A stretch of DNA of 64,000 nt from an uncultured Actinomycetota bacterium (GCA_963727015.1 CAVSEV010000012.1:214131-278130); one strand, 5' to 3'. Positions 27,756 through 37,009 are shown, counted from the stretch's first letter. The notes: generated by a model not told the origin, from the sequence alone. Translations and numbers: made by a program.

Positions 27756-28553
27756 TCAGGCTCCCTGCGGCGTGCCCGCGCTTCGCGGCGCGGCTTGGGC
27801 CGTGGATGGCGCGGCGCACAAGGTACCCGACGCGGCGCGCACCGTCTGGATGACCGAGTCGTACCCGGCGATGTCTGCGCAGTGGTGGCTGTCGCTGCCA
27901 GCAACCAGGCGCACGTCGGCCCGGGCGAGAGCGTCGACCGTGCGAGCCGATGGACATCTCCACTTCTCGTTTACCTCGACGAGCGCGCCCGCGCGTGCCG
28001 TCCGCTTAGCCAGGTGGCTGAGCAGCAACGGCGGAACCTGATCTTCGTTTAGGCCGATCTTGGGAAGCAGGCTGAACAGGTGCGCGACGAGGGCATGCTG
28101 CGCCGACGCGAGGGCATGCACGGTTGCCTCGACGAGGCATTCGATCGCCTCTTGCGCCGTCACGTCGCCGCTGCCGATCGCCGCGCGCATTTCGGCCGGG
28201 TGAACGGGGCCGCGGTCGGCGGGGAACCTGTGATCAGCGATCAGGAGAAGGTCGATACCGTCGGCAGCATCGAGGCAGCCGACGCCGGGGGGGACATCGA
28301 GCCGGCCTGAGGAGTCCAGAATCTTGGCCTCGAGGCCAGCCAGGACCCGGGGCAGGGAAAGGGACCGGTACACGGACACGGCCGCGACGAAATCGGGAAC
28401 CCACGCCGTGTCGCTGCGTACGTGGTCGGCCAGGCAGAGGGTGCGCAGCTGACGGTCGCGCGCGACCCGCACGTTCTGCGCCAGGGTGCTCGCACCGTCC
28501 GAGAACGTCGAATGGACGTGGTAATCCTCGTCGAGCTCGACACGGATAGTCAT
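27756..28553 (-). CDS. PHP-domain metal-dependent phosphoesterase (CpsB/histidinol-phosphatase-like)
   Basis: 265 aa. DYHVHSTFSDGAST, CLADHV, LLIADHRFP, LVAGSDSHH are PHP His/Asp metal ligands. Confidence 0.6.
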   Translation of the reverse strand: MTIRVELDEDYHVHSTFSDGASTLAQNVRVARDRQLRTLCLADHVRSDTAWVPDFVAAVSVYRSLSLPRVLAGLEAKILDSSGRLDVPPGVGCLDAADGIDLLLIADHRFPADRGPVHPAEMRAAIGSGDVTAQEAIECLVEATVHALASAQHALVAHLFSLLPKIGLNEDQVPPLLLSHLAKRTARAGALVEVNEKWRCPSARTVDALARADVRLVAGSDSHHCADIAGYDSVIQTVRAASGTLCAAPSTAQAAPRSAGTPQGA

Positions 28554-29560
28554 GTCGGCACCGGCTCGGCGGATTCGAGGACGTCGGCGAGCTCGACGAA
28601 GCGCTCATCGAGGAAGCGCACCACGGCAACTTCGCGGAAGCCGACGTGCGCGGGTACCGGCCTGCCGAGCAGCGCATCGAGGGCGAGCCTCGGCATGTCG
28701 ACCCCGCTCGCAATGGTCAGCGGAAGCGTCCCCGGCATCCGAGGGTTCACCTCGAGCAGCGCCGGGCAGCCCGCGCGGTCGCGCCTGCACTGGACGTTGG
28801 CGACATAGGTCAGGCCAGTGGCGCGGGCGACGTCGTGGCCGAACTTTTCGAGTTCGGCGTCGTGGACCGTCCGGCCGGCGATCGAGACACCGGAGTCGAC
28901 GCGCACCCTGATGCGCGGCACGGCCGCGATCACATGCCCGCGGCAGTCGGCGAGCACGTCGATGGAGTACTCCGCGCCAGGAAGGAATTCCTGAACGATC
29001 AGGTCCGCCGATCGTTCAATCGCGGCGAGCGCCGACGCGGACTCGACCGTCACGATGCCGCGAGATCCGCTGCCCGTGCGGGGCTTGACCACTACCGGAT
29101 AGGTCCAGGTGGCTGGTTCGACGGCGGAGCCGAACGGTTCGGTGCGCGGTACGTGGACGACGCCCGCGAGGTGCCTGGCGAGCGACAGCTTGTCGAGAGT
29201 GATGTCAAGCGCGCCAGCGGGTGCGAGCAGTAGCCCAATGCCTGCCGCCGCGAACGCCGCGCGGGCGGCGGCCAGCGGCCGCAGCTCAGCGTCGACGGTC
29301 GGCAGCACTATGCCCACTCCGAGTGCAACGCACCTAGCCAGCAGCGATTCGGCGAAATCCGGCGCGCAGCCCGCCGGGATCAGCGTCCGGGCGCCCTGCG
29401 GGACGAGGTAGAGGCCGGCGGCCCACCGATCCATGTCGGCCGCGACCAGCTCGATCGTTTCGTCGGCGCGCAGCGACTTCATGGCGCTGATCGCTGCGGG
29501 GCCGCCGGCGCCTGTGACCAGGACGCGCAGCCTGCGGCGACCACCGTAAGGCCTGCTCAC
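28550..29560 (-). CDS. ATP-grasp domain ligase
   Basis: 336 aa. PVVVKPRTGSGSRGI (P-loop-like Lys), LIVQEFLPGAEYSIDVL, LEVNPRMPGT (the E-x-N catalytic pair). Confidence 0.7.
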   Translation of the reverse strand: MSRPYGGRRRLRVLVTGAGGPAAISAMKSLRADETIELVAADMDRWAAGLYLVPQGARTLIPAGCAPDFAESLLARCVALGVGIVLPTVDAELRPLAAARAAFAAAGIGLLLAPAGALDITLDKLSLARHLAGVVHVPRTEPFGSAVEPATWTYPVVVKPRTGSGSRGIVTVESASALAAIERSADLIVQEFLPGAEYSIDVLADCRGHVIAAVPRIRVRVDSGVSIAGRTVHDAELEKFGHDVARATGLTYVANVQCRRDRAGCPALLEVNPRMPGTLPLTIASGVDMPRLALDALLGRPVPAHVGFREVAVVRFLDERFVELADVLESAEPVPT

Positions 29561-30705
29561 GTCCGGCCCGCCGCCTCCGGACCGGTGCGGGCCCGGCGCC
29601 CGGCTTGCGACCGGGCGCGCCTGGGCGAGCCAGGGTGATCGTCATTCGCTGGCCGGATGGCCGCGCGATCACGGATGGCCTCGAACGCCTCTGCGTGGTT
29701 TCCTTCGCAGAACCGTGACCAGTAGCGGGCAGTCGAGGCGATGAGGTCGGGTTCCAGGTAGTCGCGCACGGCGAACTGGGAGGCGAACATTTCGATGGCC
29801 TCGAGCTTGCGGCCAACGTGATTATCGATGGTCACGAAGTGCGTCGGGCGGAAGTCGACCGTGGCAGAAGGGGACTGGAAGCAGTAGACCCGCCCGATCC
29901 GCCGCGTCGCCACCATCGCCGCGCGGTGAGTGTTCCTGTGGTCCTGATGGACATCATGGATGGAATGGGTGTAGACGGTGGTCGGCTGAACCGCCGCGAT
30001 CACGTCATCGATCACCGCTATGGTGGGATTCCCCTCCCGGATGTGGGTGTCTTCGAGGTTCTCGAGAAAAAGGCGCGCGCCGATGAGGCCGGCCGCTTTC
30101 TCCGACTCGCCAGCGCGCTGCGCCTCTATGCCTCCGCCCGCGCCGTGGGACAGCGTCAAGATCGACACCGAGTCGCCCGCGGCCTGGTGAGCAAGCAGCG
30201 CGCCTGCCGCGCCGATCTCCACGTCGTCGGGGTGCGCGCCGATCGCAAGGACACTCTCGCTGCCGGTGGATCCCGCTATCCTGCCTCGCTCGACCAGCGT
30301 GGCCGCCGTGGCGATGAGATCGTCCGGACGGATGGGTTTCTGCAGGAACTCCGTGACGGGCATCCGCAGGGCCGTGACGGCTCGATCCACGGTCGCGTGG
30401 GCGGTGACCACGGCCACCGGCAAGGTGGGCCGGAGGCGGCGCACGCGCTCGACGAGCTCAAGCCCGGACAGGCCCGGCAGCTCGATGTCGGCGACCACCA
30501 GGTCCCACGGCTCGGTTTCGATGTACCGCAGCCCGGCAACCGGATCCAGCACGTGCCTGACCTCGAAACCACCCCGCACCCGCAGGACGAACGTGGCAAA
30601 CCGGCCGAACGCGGGATCGTCGTCGATCAGCAGAACCCGCGCACGAGCCGACATCCGCTCACTGGCTTGCATGTGCCCCCGCATCACCCGTTGCACACCA
30701 TGCAC
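29557..30705 (-). CDS. Response-regulator receiver (REC) domain fused to a PIG-L/LmbE-family N-deacetylase
   Basis: REC: VLLIDDDPAF...DLVVADIELPGLSGLEL...VAVVTAHA...FLQKP, with the phospho-acceptor Asp, Thr and Lys present. PIG-L: VLAIGAHPDDVEIGAAGALL...HSIHDVHQDH, Zn ligands. Confidence 0.75.
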   Translation of the reverse strand: MHGVQRVMRGHMQASERMSARARVLLIDDDPAFGRFATFVLRVRGGFEVRHVLDPVAGLRYIETEPWDLVVADIELPGLSGLELVERVRRLRPTLPVAVVTAHATVDRAVTALRMPVTEFLQKPIRPDDLIATAATLVERGRIAGSTGSESVLAIGAHPDDVEIGAAGALLAHQAAGDSVSILTLSHGAGGGIEAQRAGESEKAAGLIGARLFLENLEDTHIREGNPTIAVIDDVIAAVQPTTVYTHSIHDVHQDHRNTHRAAMVATRRIGRVYCFQSPSATVDFRPTHFVTIDNHVGRKLEAIEMFASQFAVRDYLEPDLIASTARYWSRFCEGNHAEAFEAIRDRAAIRPANDDHPGSPRRARSQAGRRARTGPEAAGRT

Positions 30706-30742
30706 AAAGATACCAGTCAGCCATCACAGAGTGTCTGATCGA

Positions 30743-33259
30743 TTACTTTAAGTGTGATTCAGTCTGCCCGGCGGCACTTTCGGCCGTGCCCGCCGAGTCG
30801 CCGGCCGAGTCGTCCGCCGGGCCGGCTGGCGGGCCGCCCGCTGGGGCGCCAGCGGTCCTGCCCTTCCATACGCCGCCGCGCCCGGCCCGGTACTGGCGGG
30901 CTGAGTCGAGGGTCATCGCGGCGTACATGAGCGCGACAACCGGCAGCGCCGCCGCACGCAGCGGCGAGAGCCGGTAAAGCCGCAGCACGGGCAGGTAGGT
31001 GACCGCCATGATCAACCAGCCCGCTAGGCCGGAGACGGCGCACCACAACGCGGGCGGGCCACCACCCGCCGCCACGCCGGTCAAGCCAGCGAGCGCCGCG
31101 ACCGGTGGGATCAGGTAGAACCACAGCAGGCCCACGATCGTGCAGCCGAGCAGGGCCGGCGAGTAGCGCAGCTGGTAGTAGGCACTGCGGGTGACCATTT
31201 GCCACAGTTCTGCGAGCCGGGGGTAGGGGCGACGGCTGACGACGGCCGTGCTGAATCCCAGCCAGCACCTGCCGCGCCCGGGCGAACGCTTGATCAGGTG
31301 CCCGAGCGCGACGTCGTCGATCAACGCGCCGCTGATCTGCCGCATCCCGCCCGCGGCCGCGAGCGCCTGACGGCGCACCAGCATGCAGCCCCCGGCCGCC
31401 GCGGCGGTCCGCCCGCCCGGCCGGTTCACCCGCCTGAACGGGTAAAGCTGAGCGAAGAAGTAGACGAACGCGGGCACCAGGGCACGCTCCCAGGCGGTCT
31501 CGGCGCGTAGCAGCGCCATTTGCGAGACCAGGTCGCGCTCATCGCCCACCGCGGCGGTCATCAATGCCGTGAGCGTCCCCTGCCTGTAGGCGATGTCGGC
31601 GTCGGTGAACAGCACGTACTCACTGTCGGGCGCCGCACGGATACCTTGCTCCATGGCCCACACCTTGCCTGCCCAGCCGGCTGGGCGGCGCTCTCCAGCT
31701 ACCACGCGCAGCGGCCGCCGGTGCGGGCCGGCGAGCGCGGCTGCCACCCGGGCCGTGCCGTCAGTGCTGCGATCATCCACCACCAGTACCTCGAGCTTGC
31801 CCGGATAGTCCTGTGCGAGCAGGGTCGGCAGGGTGGCAGGCAGGATCTCGGCCTCGTCGCGCGCGGGGACGACCGCGACGACCGCGGGCCAGCGCGCCGC
31901 GTCCTCGCCGTGCGCGCGCGCCACGTCCACGCCGTCGCGCCCGCCGCGGCGGCGGGGCAGGCGCTGGCCGGTCCGCCAGTAGCCGCCGTGCGCCACCAGC
32001 AGGTATATCCAGGCGACGGCCGCGACGACAGCGGCAGCGGCGAGAACGGGCACCACGCTGCTAGTTAGCGCCTGTCCCGCCGGTCGGGGGGCGCGGCCGG
32101 CCGGTCCCGCAGGTGCGGCCGGCCGGTCGGGGGGCGCGGCCGGCAGGCGGCCGGGGCCCGGGGCGGCTGGCCGCTCGGGTGAGGCGGCGAGGTTCTTCTT
32201 GACCAGATCGAGAATGGTCACGCCCTGGGCGACAAGACCGGCGGCTATCTCACCGAGGCCATCGGAGCCGTTCAGCACGCTCAGGTTGGCGCCGGCCAGA
32301 CCGCCCGCAGCCTCCTTGACGATCTGCGGCAACTGGTCGATGAGCATCCGGTCGAGCGCGACGCGATCGTAGGACGCTGCCGCCTCGGCCTGAACCTTCA
32401 TCCGCTCCGCCTCGGCCTGAGCGAGGATGCGCACCCGCTCAGCGTCCGCTTGCGCGGGCTTCACGACCTCAGCGACCAGTTGCTGCTGGCGCAACTCGGC
32501 CTGACGCTGCGCAAGTTCGGTCTGCGCCGCGATGACCGCGCGCTGGGTGTCCGCCTGGGCGAGCGGACCGGCCTGCGCCGCCTCGGCCTGCGCCTTGTCC
32601 ACCTCCGCCTTGTACTGGGCCTGCACGACAGCCGTCTGGCGCGCATACTCCGCCTGCTTGCGCTGTGACTCCTGCTCGGCCTCGGCCGCCGCCTGGTTGG
32701 CCTGGGCCTGCGCGATCTTCGCCTGCCGCTGGATGGCCGAGACATGCGGGGCGGCCATCGCATCGATGTAGCCGGTCCCCATGTCGTCGATGGACTGGAT
32801 CTGCAGCGAGTCGACGATCAGGCCGATCTTGGCCATCTCGGCCTTCGAGCCATCCAGCACCTCGGTCGCGAGCTTCTGCCGCTCGGTGACGATCTCCTCG
32901 ACGGTCATCGAGCCGATGATCGAGCGCAGGTGCCCGGCGAAGATCCGCCCGGTCAGCACCGACATCTGATCCTGATCGGACAGGAACCGTTGTCCCGCGT
33001 TGACGATGCTCTCCTCGTCGTTGCCGACCTTGAAGGCGATAACAGAACGGACATTCACCGAAATGCCCTGGCCGGTGACGCAGGTTTCCGCGACCTCGGC
33101 CTCACACATGGCCAGGGTCAGGAAGCTTGCCTTGCGGAAGCCGGGGACAACGAAGGCACCATGGCCGGTGACGACCCGGAATGGTGTGCCGTCGCGGCCA
33201 CGCCTGCCGCCGGCGATCAGCATGGCTTCGTCGGGTGCGGGCACGCGGTAACCAAACAT
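30743..33259 (-). CDS. SPFH/band-7 (flotillin-like) domain fused through a Pro/Ala linker and TM helix to a GT2 glycosyltransferase domain
   Basis: 838-aa single ORF. Residues about 1-380 are SPFH plus a flotillin-type coiled coil (KIAQAQANQAAAEAEQESQRKQAEYARQTAVVQAQYKAEVDKAQAEAAQ). Then PERPAAPGPGRLPAAPPDRPAAPAGPAGRAPRPAG, a TM, then GT2 (VVAVVPARDE...VLVVDDRSTDGT...GWAGKVWA...FTDADIAY) and C-terminal TMs. Confidence 0.65.
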   Translation of the reverse strand: MFGYRVPAPDEAMLIAGGRRGRDGTPFRVVTGHGAFVVPGFRKASFLTLAMCEAEVAETCVTGQGISVNVRSVIAFKVGNDEESIVNAGQRFLSDQDQMSVLTGRIFAGHLRSIIGSMTVEEIVTERQKLATEVLDGSKAEMAKIGLIVDSLQIQSIDDMGTGYIDAMAAPHVSAIQRQAKIAQAQANQAAAEAEQESQRKQAEYARQTAVVQAQYKAEVDKAQAEAAQAGPLAQADTQRAVIAAQTELAQRQAELRQQQLVAEVVKPAQADAERVRILAQAEAERMKVQAEAAASYDRVALDRMLIDQLPQIVKEAAGGLAGANLSVLNGSDGLGEIAAGLVAQGVTILDLVKKNLAASPERPAAPGPGRLPAAPPDRPAAPAGPAGRAPRPAGQALTSSVVPVLAAAAVVAAVAWIYLLVAHGGYWRTGQRLPRRRGGRDGVDVARAHGEDAARWPAVVAVVPARDEAEILPATLPTLLAQDYPGKLEVLVVDDRSTDGTARVAAALAGPHRRPLRVVAGERRPAGWAGKVWAMEQGIRAAPDSEYVLFTDADIAYRQGTLTALMTAAVGDERDLVSQMALLRAETAWERALVPAFVYFFAQLYPFRRVNRPGGRTAAAAGGCMLVRRQALAAAGGMRQISGALIDDVALGHLIKRSPGRGRCWLGFSTAVVSRRPYPRLAELWQMVTRSAYYQLRYSPALLGCTIVGLLWFYLIPPVAALAGLTGVAAGGGPPALWCAVSGLAGWLIMAVTYLPVLRLYRLSPLRAAALPVVALMYAAMTLDSARQYRAGRGGVWKGRTAGAPAGGPPAGPADDSAGDSAGTAESAAGQTESHLK

Positions 33260-33269
33260 CTCTCATCTC

Positions 33270-33563
33270 CTAGGTAGCGGCATCGGGGGTAGCATCCATA
33301 GGGCCTGCCCACTCGATCACGTCGACGGTCCGCGCGCCACGGGAGTCGATGACCAGCACGGTCGCGCCCTTCTGGAGCGGTTTGTCCGACCACGCCAGGA
33401 ACGCCTCCGAGCCGCCGCGAATCTTGATGAGTACTTCCCCCGGGCCTGCGGAGCCGCGGGTACCGATGATGAGAACGCCCACGGCGCCTATTGCCGCCTC
33501 ATCCCGAGCCACCGGCCGTCTACCCCTTCGCGCGTCGCGGATCTGGGGCCCAAGACTATCCAC
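33270..33563 (-). CDS. NfeD-like OB-fold protein (partner of SPFH/flotillin proteins)
   Basis: 97 aa. IGAVGVLIIGTRGSAGPGEVLIKIRGGSEAFLAWSDKPLQKGATVLVIDSRGARTVDV matches the NfeD C-terminal beta-barrel. Sits directly upstream of the SPFH gene (10-nt gap), as in the yuaF-floT / nfeD-floA operons. Confidence 0.55.
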   Translation of the reverse strand: MDSLGPQIRDARRGRRPVARDEAAIGAVGVLIIGTRGSAGPGEVLIKIRGGSEAFLAWSDKPLQKGATVLVIDSRGARTVDVIEWAGPMDATPDAAT

Positions 33564-33723
33564 GCGCCGGGACCGGCTGGTGTTTGTCAGGGCTCCTGCC
33601 CCTTTGCGTCTATCCCTTTGCGCCGGAACGCAGGGTGACTCCCGCCGCAGGCTGTCGGGGCCCGCTCACTGCTGGGGAAAATCCGCCGATTCACGTATCA
33701 GGACGTTTATGGCTCGCAGCTAG

Positions 33724-34515
33724 CTAGCCGTCCGCCTGCCCGTCGATGCGGGCTATCTCATCGGCGTCGAGACAAAAGCCGAACAGGTCAAAGTTCGACG
33801 CGATACGCGCCGGTTCCGCCGACTTCGGGATGACCGCTATCCCGTGCTCGATGTGCCAGCGCAGCACGACCTGAGCGGGCGTCACCCCGTGCTTGGACGC
33901 GATCTCGACGAGGACAGGGGCGCTCAGATCGGTGGCCTTGAGCGGGCTGTACCCCTCGACCGCCACGCCGCGCTCGCGGTGCTCGGCCAGCAGGCCGGGG
34001 TTATGCCTGCGCGGACTCCACGGGATCTGATTGACCGCGGGCGCCTGCCCTGTCGCGGCGGCAAGCTCGTCGATATGGGCGATGCTGTAATTGCTGACTC
34101 CCACGGCGCGGGCGAGCCCCTGCTCCCGCGCCGCCAGGAATTCGCGCCAGGTCTGCGGGCGGGGCCTGCCTCTCGGCGGCCAGTGCACCAGCCACAGGTC
34201 AACGTAATCGGTGCCGAGCGCGCGAAGGCTAGCGGCGAGTGTTTCGCGTTCGCTGCCAACATTTGCCGCCGGCAGCTTCGTAGTCAGGAACACTTCGCGC
34301 CGGTCCACGCCGCTTTCATGCAGCGCTCGCCCGATCTCCGCCTCGTTGCCGTACATCGTGGCCGTGTCGATGTGCCGGTACCCGGTATCAAGCGCGAACC
34401 TGACCGCCTCGCAGGCCTGGCGGACGCGCAGCCGCCAGGTGCCCAAGCCCACAATGGGCATGGCCACGTCGCCGGTAAGCGGCACAGTTGGTACAGCGTT
34501 GGCATCATTCACCAT
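33724..34515 (-). CDS. Aldo/keto reductase (2,5-diketo-D-gluconate reductase-like)
   Basis: Start at MVNDANAVPTVPLTGDVAMPIVGLGTW. AKR catalytic tetrad region: DTATMYGNE...LWLVHWP...IPKS. The listed ORF has an upstream extension through a tandem repeat. Confidence 0.8.
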   Translation of the reverse strand: MVNDANAVPTVPLTGDVAMPIVGLGTWRLRVRQACEAVRFALDTGYRHIDTATMYGNEAEIGRALHESGVDRREVFLTTKLPAANVGSERETLAASLRALGTDYVDLWLVHWPPRGRPRPQTWREFLAAREQGLARAVGVSNYSIAHIDELAAATGQAPAVNQIPWSPRRHNPGLLAEHRERGVAVEGYSPLKATDLSAPVLVEIASKHGVTPAQVVLRWHIEHGIAVIPKSAEPARIASNFDLFGFCLDADEIARIDGQADG

Positions 34516-34519
34516 CCGG

Positions 34520-34630
34520 CCATTCTTACCCAATCCCTCCTGTGTTACCCAATCCCTCCTGCCCCGGCCCAATCCCTCCTGCCCCGGCCCAATACCCTCC
34601 TGCCCCAGCCCAATCCCTCCTGCCCCGGCT
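34520..34630. repeat. About 5 tandem copies of a 21-bp unit (CCCAATCCCTCCTGCCCCGGC) in the AKR promoter region
   Basis: Four near-perfect units plus one degenerate unit immediately upstream of the AKR start. Confidence 0.8.
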
Positions 34631-34703
34631 GGCCGACGGTGTTCTCTGACCCTGGCTGGCACCGCTGCGGGCTGGCAGAATGATGACTTGAAAGCGGTTC
34701 ACG

Positions 34704-35039
34704 GTGGAGGTCGACTTGCTGTTCGCGGCGGTTGGTGGCGCGCTCGGGCAGATGACCGGCTACGGCCATCTCGCCGGGCACCTCATCGCGGCGCCGTCTG
34801 TGCTGCTTTCGCCCGCCGCGTTGATCATGCTGGCCGCGGCCGCGCTGACATGCGTGCTCGCCGGGTTCCTGGCCCGCGGCGCGCGGACTGGCCGTACCTT
34901 GACGACAGTCCCGCTGCGCAGCCGCGCTGCGGCTTTGCGGGCACAGTCCCGCCGGACCGCATTCCTGCGGCAGCGAGATCCCGGCGCGGCCGGCCGCAGC
35001 CGGCCGAGAGCACCTGACGCGAGCCCGGCGGTCGTCTGA
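34704..35039 (+). CDS. Small hypothetical membrane protein upstream of the YidC-like gene
   Basis: 111 aa with two hydrophobic segments (LLFAAVGGALGQ; LLSPAALIMLAAAALTCVLAGFLA). Weak call. Confidence 0.3.
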   Translation: MEVDLLFAAVGGALGQMTGYGHLAGHLIAAPSVLLSPAALIMLAAAALTCVLAGFLARGARTGRTLTTVPLRSRAAALRAQSRRTAFLRQRDPGAAGRSRPRAPDASPAVV

Positions 35040-35177
35040 ACCTGGGTGCGCCGCGCGGGCCGACCGCAGCCTTCGGCCTGCCGCCTTTCGGCTACCCGGG
35101 ATGGCACGCGGCCGCCTCCAGCTGTCATGCCGTTTATATCCGGCCCGCTGGAGGGTCCCGCTGGAGGGTTTCGCACC

Positions 35178-36002
35178 ATGTCCCGTCTGCTCGATATTTC
35201 CCGTCTGCTCGATGCCCCTGTCGGCGTCGCCTACCACGTCGTATCCACGCTCGCCACGTGGCTCGCCCCGGTGCCCGGCGGCCTCGCCACAGCGGCGGCG
35301 ATCGTCGCATTCACCGCAGCCGTACGGCTCCTGCTGCTGCCGCTGAGCTACTACGCGATGCGCGGTGAACGCTCACGCGCACGGCTGGCGCCCCAGTTTC
35401 AGGAGCTGCAGCGGCGCTATGCCCGCCAACCGGACAAGCTGCGGCGCGAGCTGAGCGCATTGCAGCAAGCCGAGGGCGCCGGCATCTTCGCCGGCTGCCT
35501 GCCGCTGCTCGCGCAACTGCCATTCTTCAGCATCATGTACCGGCTGTTCCTCTCCGGCGAGGTGTCCGGCAAACCCAACACGCTGCTCACCCACCACCTG
35601 CTCAGCGCCCCGCTGTCGAGTCACTGGCTGACCGGCGCCGGGCCGTTCAGCCTTCAGGGCGCAGTCTTCGCCGGTGTGCTTGCGCTGCTCGGTGTCGCGG
35701 CCTGGTTCTCCGTCAGGCTGGCGCGCCAGCCGGCGCCCGGCCAGGCCGGCTCCAATCGGGAGGTTGACGGGAGGGGGGCTCGACTGGCCACGGCCCGGGC
35801 GGGCGCGAGACGCGGCGGCAAGCCTGCCGACCAGCCTGCCGGGGTGCCCGGCGCGCTGCCGAGGCTGCTGCCGTACAGCACCCTGATCGTGGCTGCCGTC
35901 GTGCCGCTGGCCGCGGGACTCTACCTGCTGACCACCACGACGTGGACCGTGCTCGAACGTACGGCGCTGCGCCGCAGGCTGATCGCGGGCGCCCCCGGGT
36001 GA
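35178..36002 (+). CDS. YidC/Oxa1-family membrane insertase (short form)
   Basis: From MSRLLDISRLLDAPVGVAYHVV. LLLPLSYYAMRGERSRARLAPQFQELQRRYARQPDKLRRELSALQQAEGAGIFAGCLPLLAQLPFFSIMYRLF matches the conserved YidC core (GCLP...Q.P). Confidence 0.65.
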   Translation: MSRLLDISRLLDAPVGVAYHVVSTLATWLAPVPGGLATAAAIVAFTAAVRLLLLPLSYYAMRGERSRARLAPQFQELQRRYARQPDKLRRELSALQQAEGAGIFAGCLPLLAQLPFFSIMYRLFLSGEVSGKPNTLLTHHLLSAPLSSHWLTGAGPFSLQGAVFAGVLALLGVAAWFSVRLARQPAPGQAGSNREVDGRGARLATARAGARRGGKPADQPAGVPGALPRLLPYSTLIVAAVVPLAAGLYLLTTTTWTVLERTALRRRLIAGAPG

Positions 36003-36155
36003 CAGGGCCCGGGCTCGCACGGCAGGGGCCGAGCGGCGCCCGGTCAAAGCCTGTCCCGGCACCGTCCCGTTGGACCCAGGCCAGCCGAGCCGGCCTGGTC
36101 CCTTCGGGGCTTCCAGATCACCTACGGCCGGTGCCACCTCAGGCCCATGCGGCTG

Positions 36156-37009
36156 TCAGCCGCGGCGGGCGCTTGGGTCGCGGCGCCCAAGCGGCCCGTG
36201 CGCGGGGCCGGACCGGGCGCGTGAAAGGGCCAGTATCCGCGCCGCGGCAATTGCCTCGGCCGCGAGCGGGAGCGTGACGGCGACCCGCTGCACGGTCCCG
36301 TTCCACGGCTCAAGCACCCCCGACGCGAACAGCACCAGTGCCGCACCGCTGACCAGAGCGAGCCCGAGGAGGATCGGACACACGGCCGCCCAGCCGGGTT
36401 CGGTGCGCAAGCGCCGCGACAGCGCGATCGGCGCCGCGATCATCGCGGTGTAGGCGACACCGCTGACCAGGTCATGCCCCTGGTTGTGCCACGACTCACC
36501 CGCGAAGCCCGGGCCGGCGAGCAGCATGTGGTCGCGGCGCAGCAGGCCAGCGGCGACGGCCGCCGCGCCCGCGGCCATGACGAGCCATGGCCCCGCGGCC
36601 GCGGCCAGCAGGCCGCCGACGGCGCGCCGCCTGCCGCCAGCCCTGGGCTGCCGGCAGGCGGCACCGGCCAGCCACTGGCCCAGGGCGCCGCCGAACACTA
36701 TTCGCCGGCCCCGAGCGCCACGAATCCGGCAATCATGATCTGCGGATCACGCGCGTCGATCGCTGCGAGCCCGCTGAGCTGCACCTCCGCCGCGGGATGG
36801 CCGCTCTGCCGCAGGGAACTAACCACCCATGCCGCGGTGAACAAGGCGGGGCCTGCCAGCCCGCACAAGGCGCAGAACCGCACGCCGCGCGGCGACGCGA
36901 TAAGCACCGCGACGTCACGCAGCGGCGCCAAATGCAGCGACGCCCAACGCCTTCTGGTGAGATGGGACCCGGTCATGATCGCGGATGCGCACCTTCCGCC
37001 GGCGGGCAC
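36156..37009 (-). pseudogene. Hypothetical membrane protein split into two adjacent frames (36698..37009 and 36156..36698, shared CACTA junction); possible frameshift
   Basis: Both parts are hydrophobic (AVLIASPRGVRFCALCGLAGPALFTAAWVV; LVMAAGAAAVAAGLL; AVCPILLGLALVSGAALVLFASGVL). A stop and a GTG start overlap by 1 nt. Confidence 0.3.

Noticed and set aside
26534-27904. 456-aa minus-strand alternative frame within the GT2 gene
   Set aside because: Arg/Pro-rich junk. The in-frame GT2 reading has the canonical D,D,D,QxxRW motifs.
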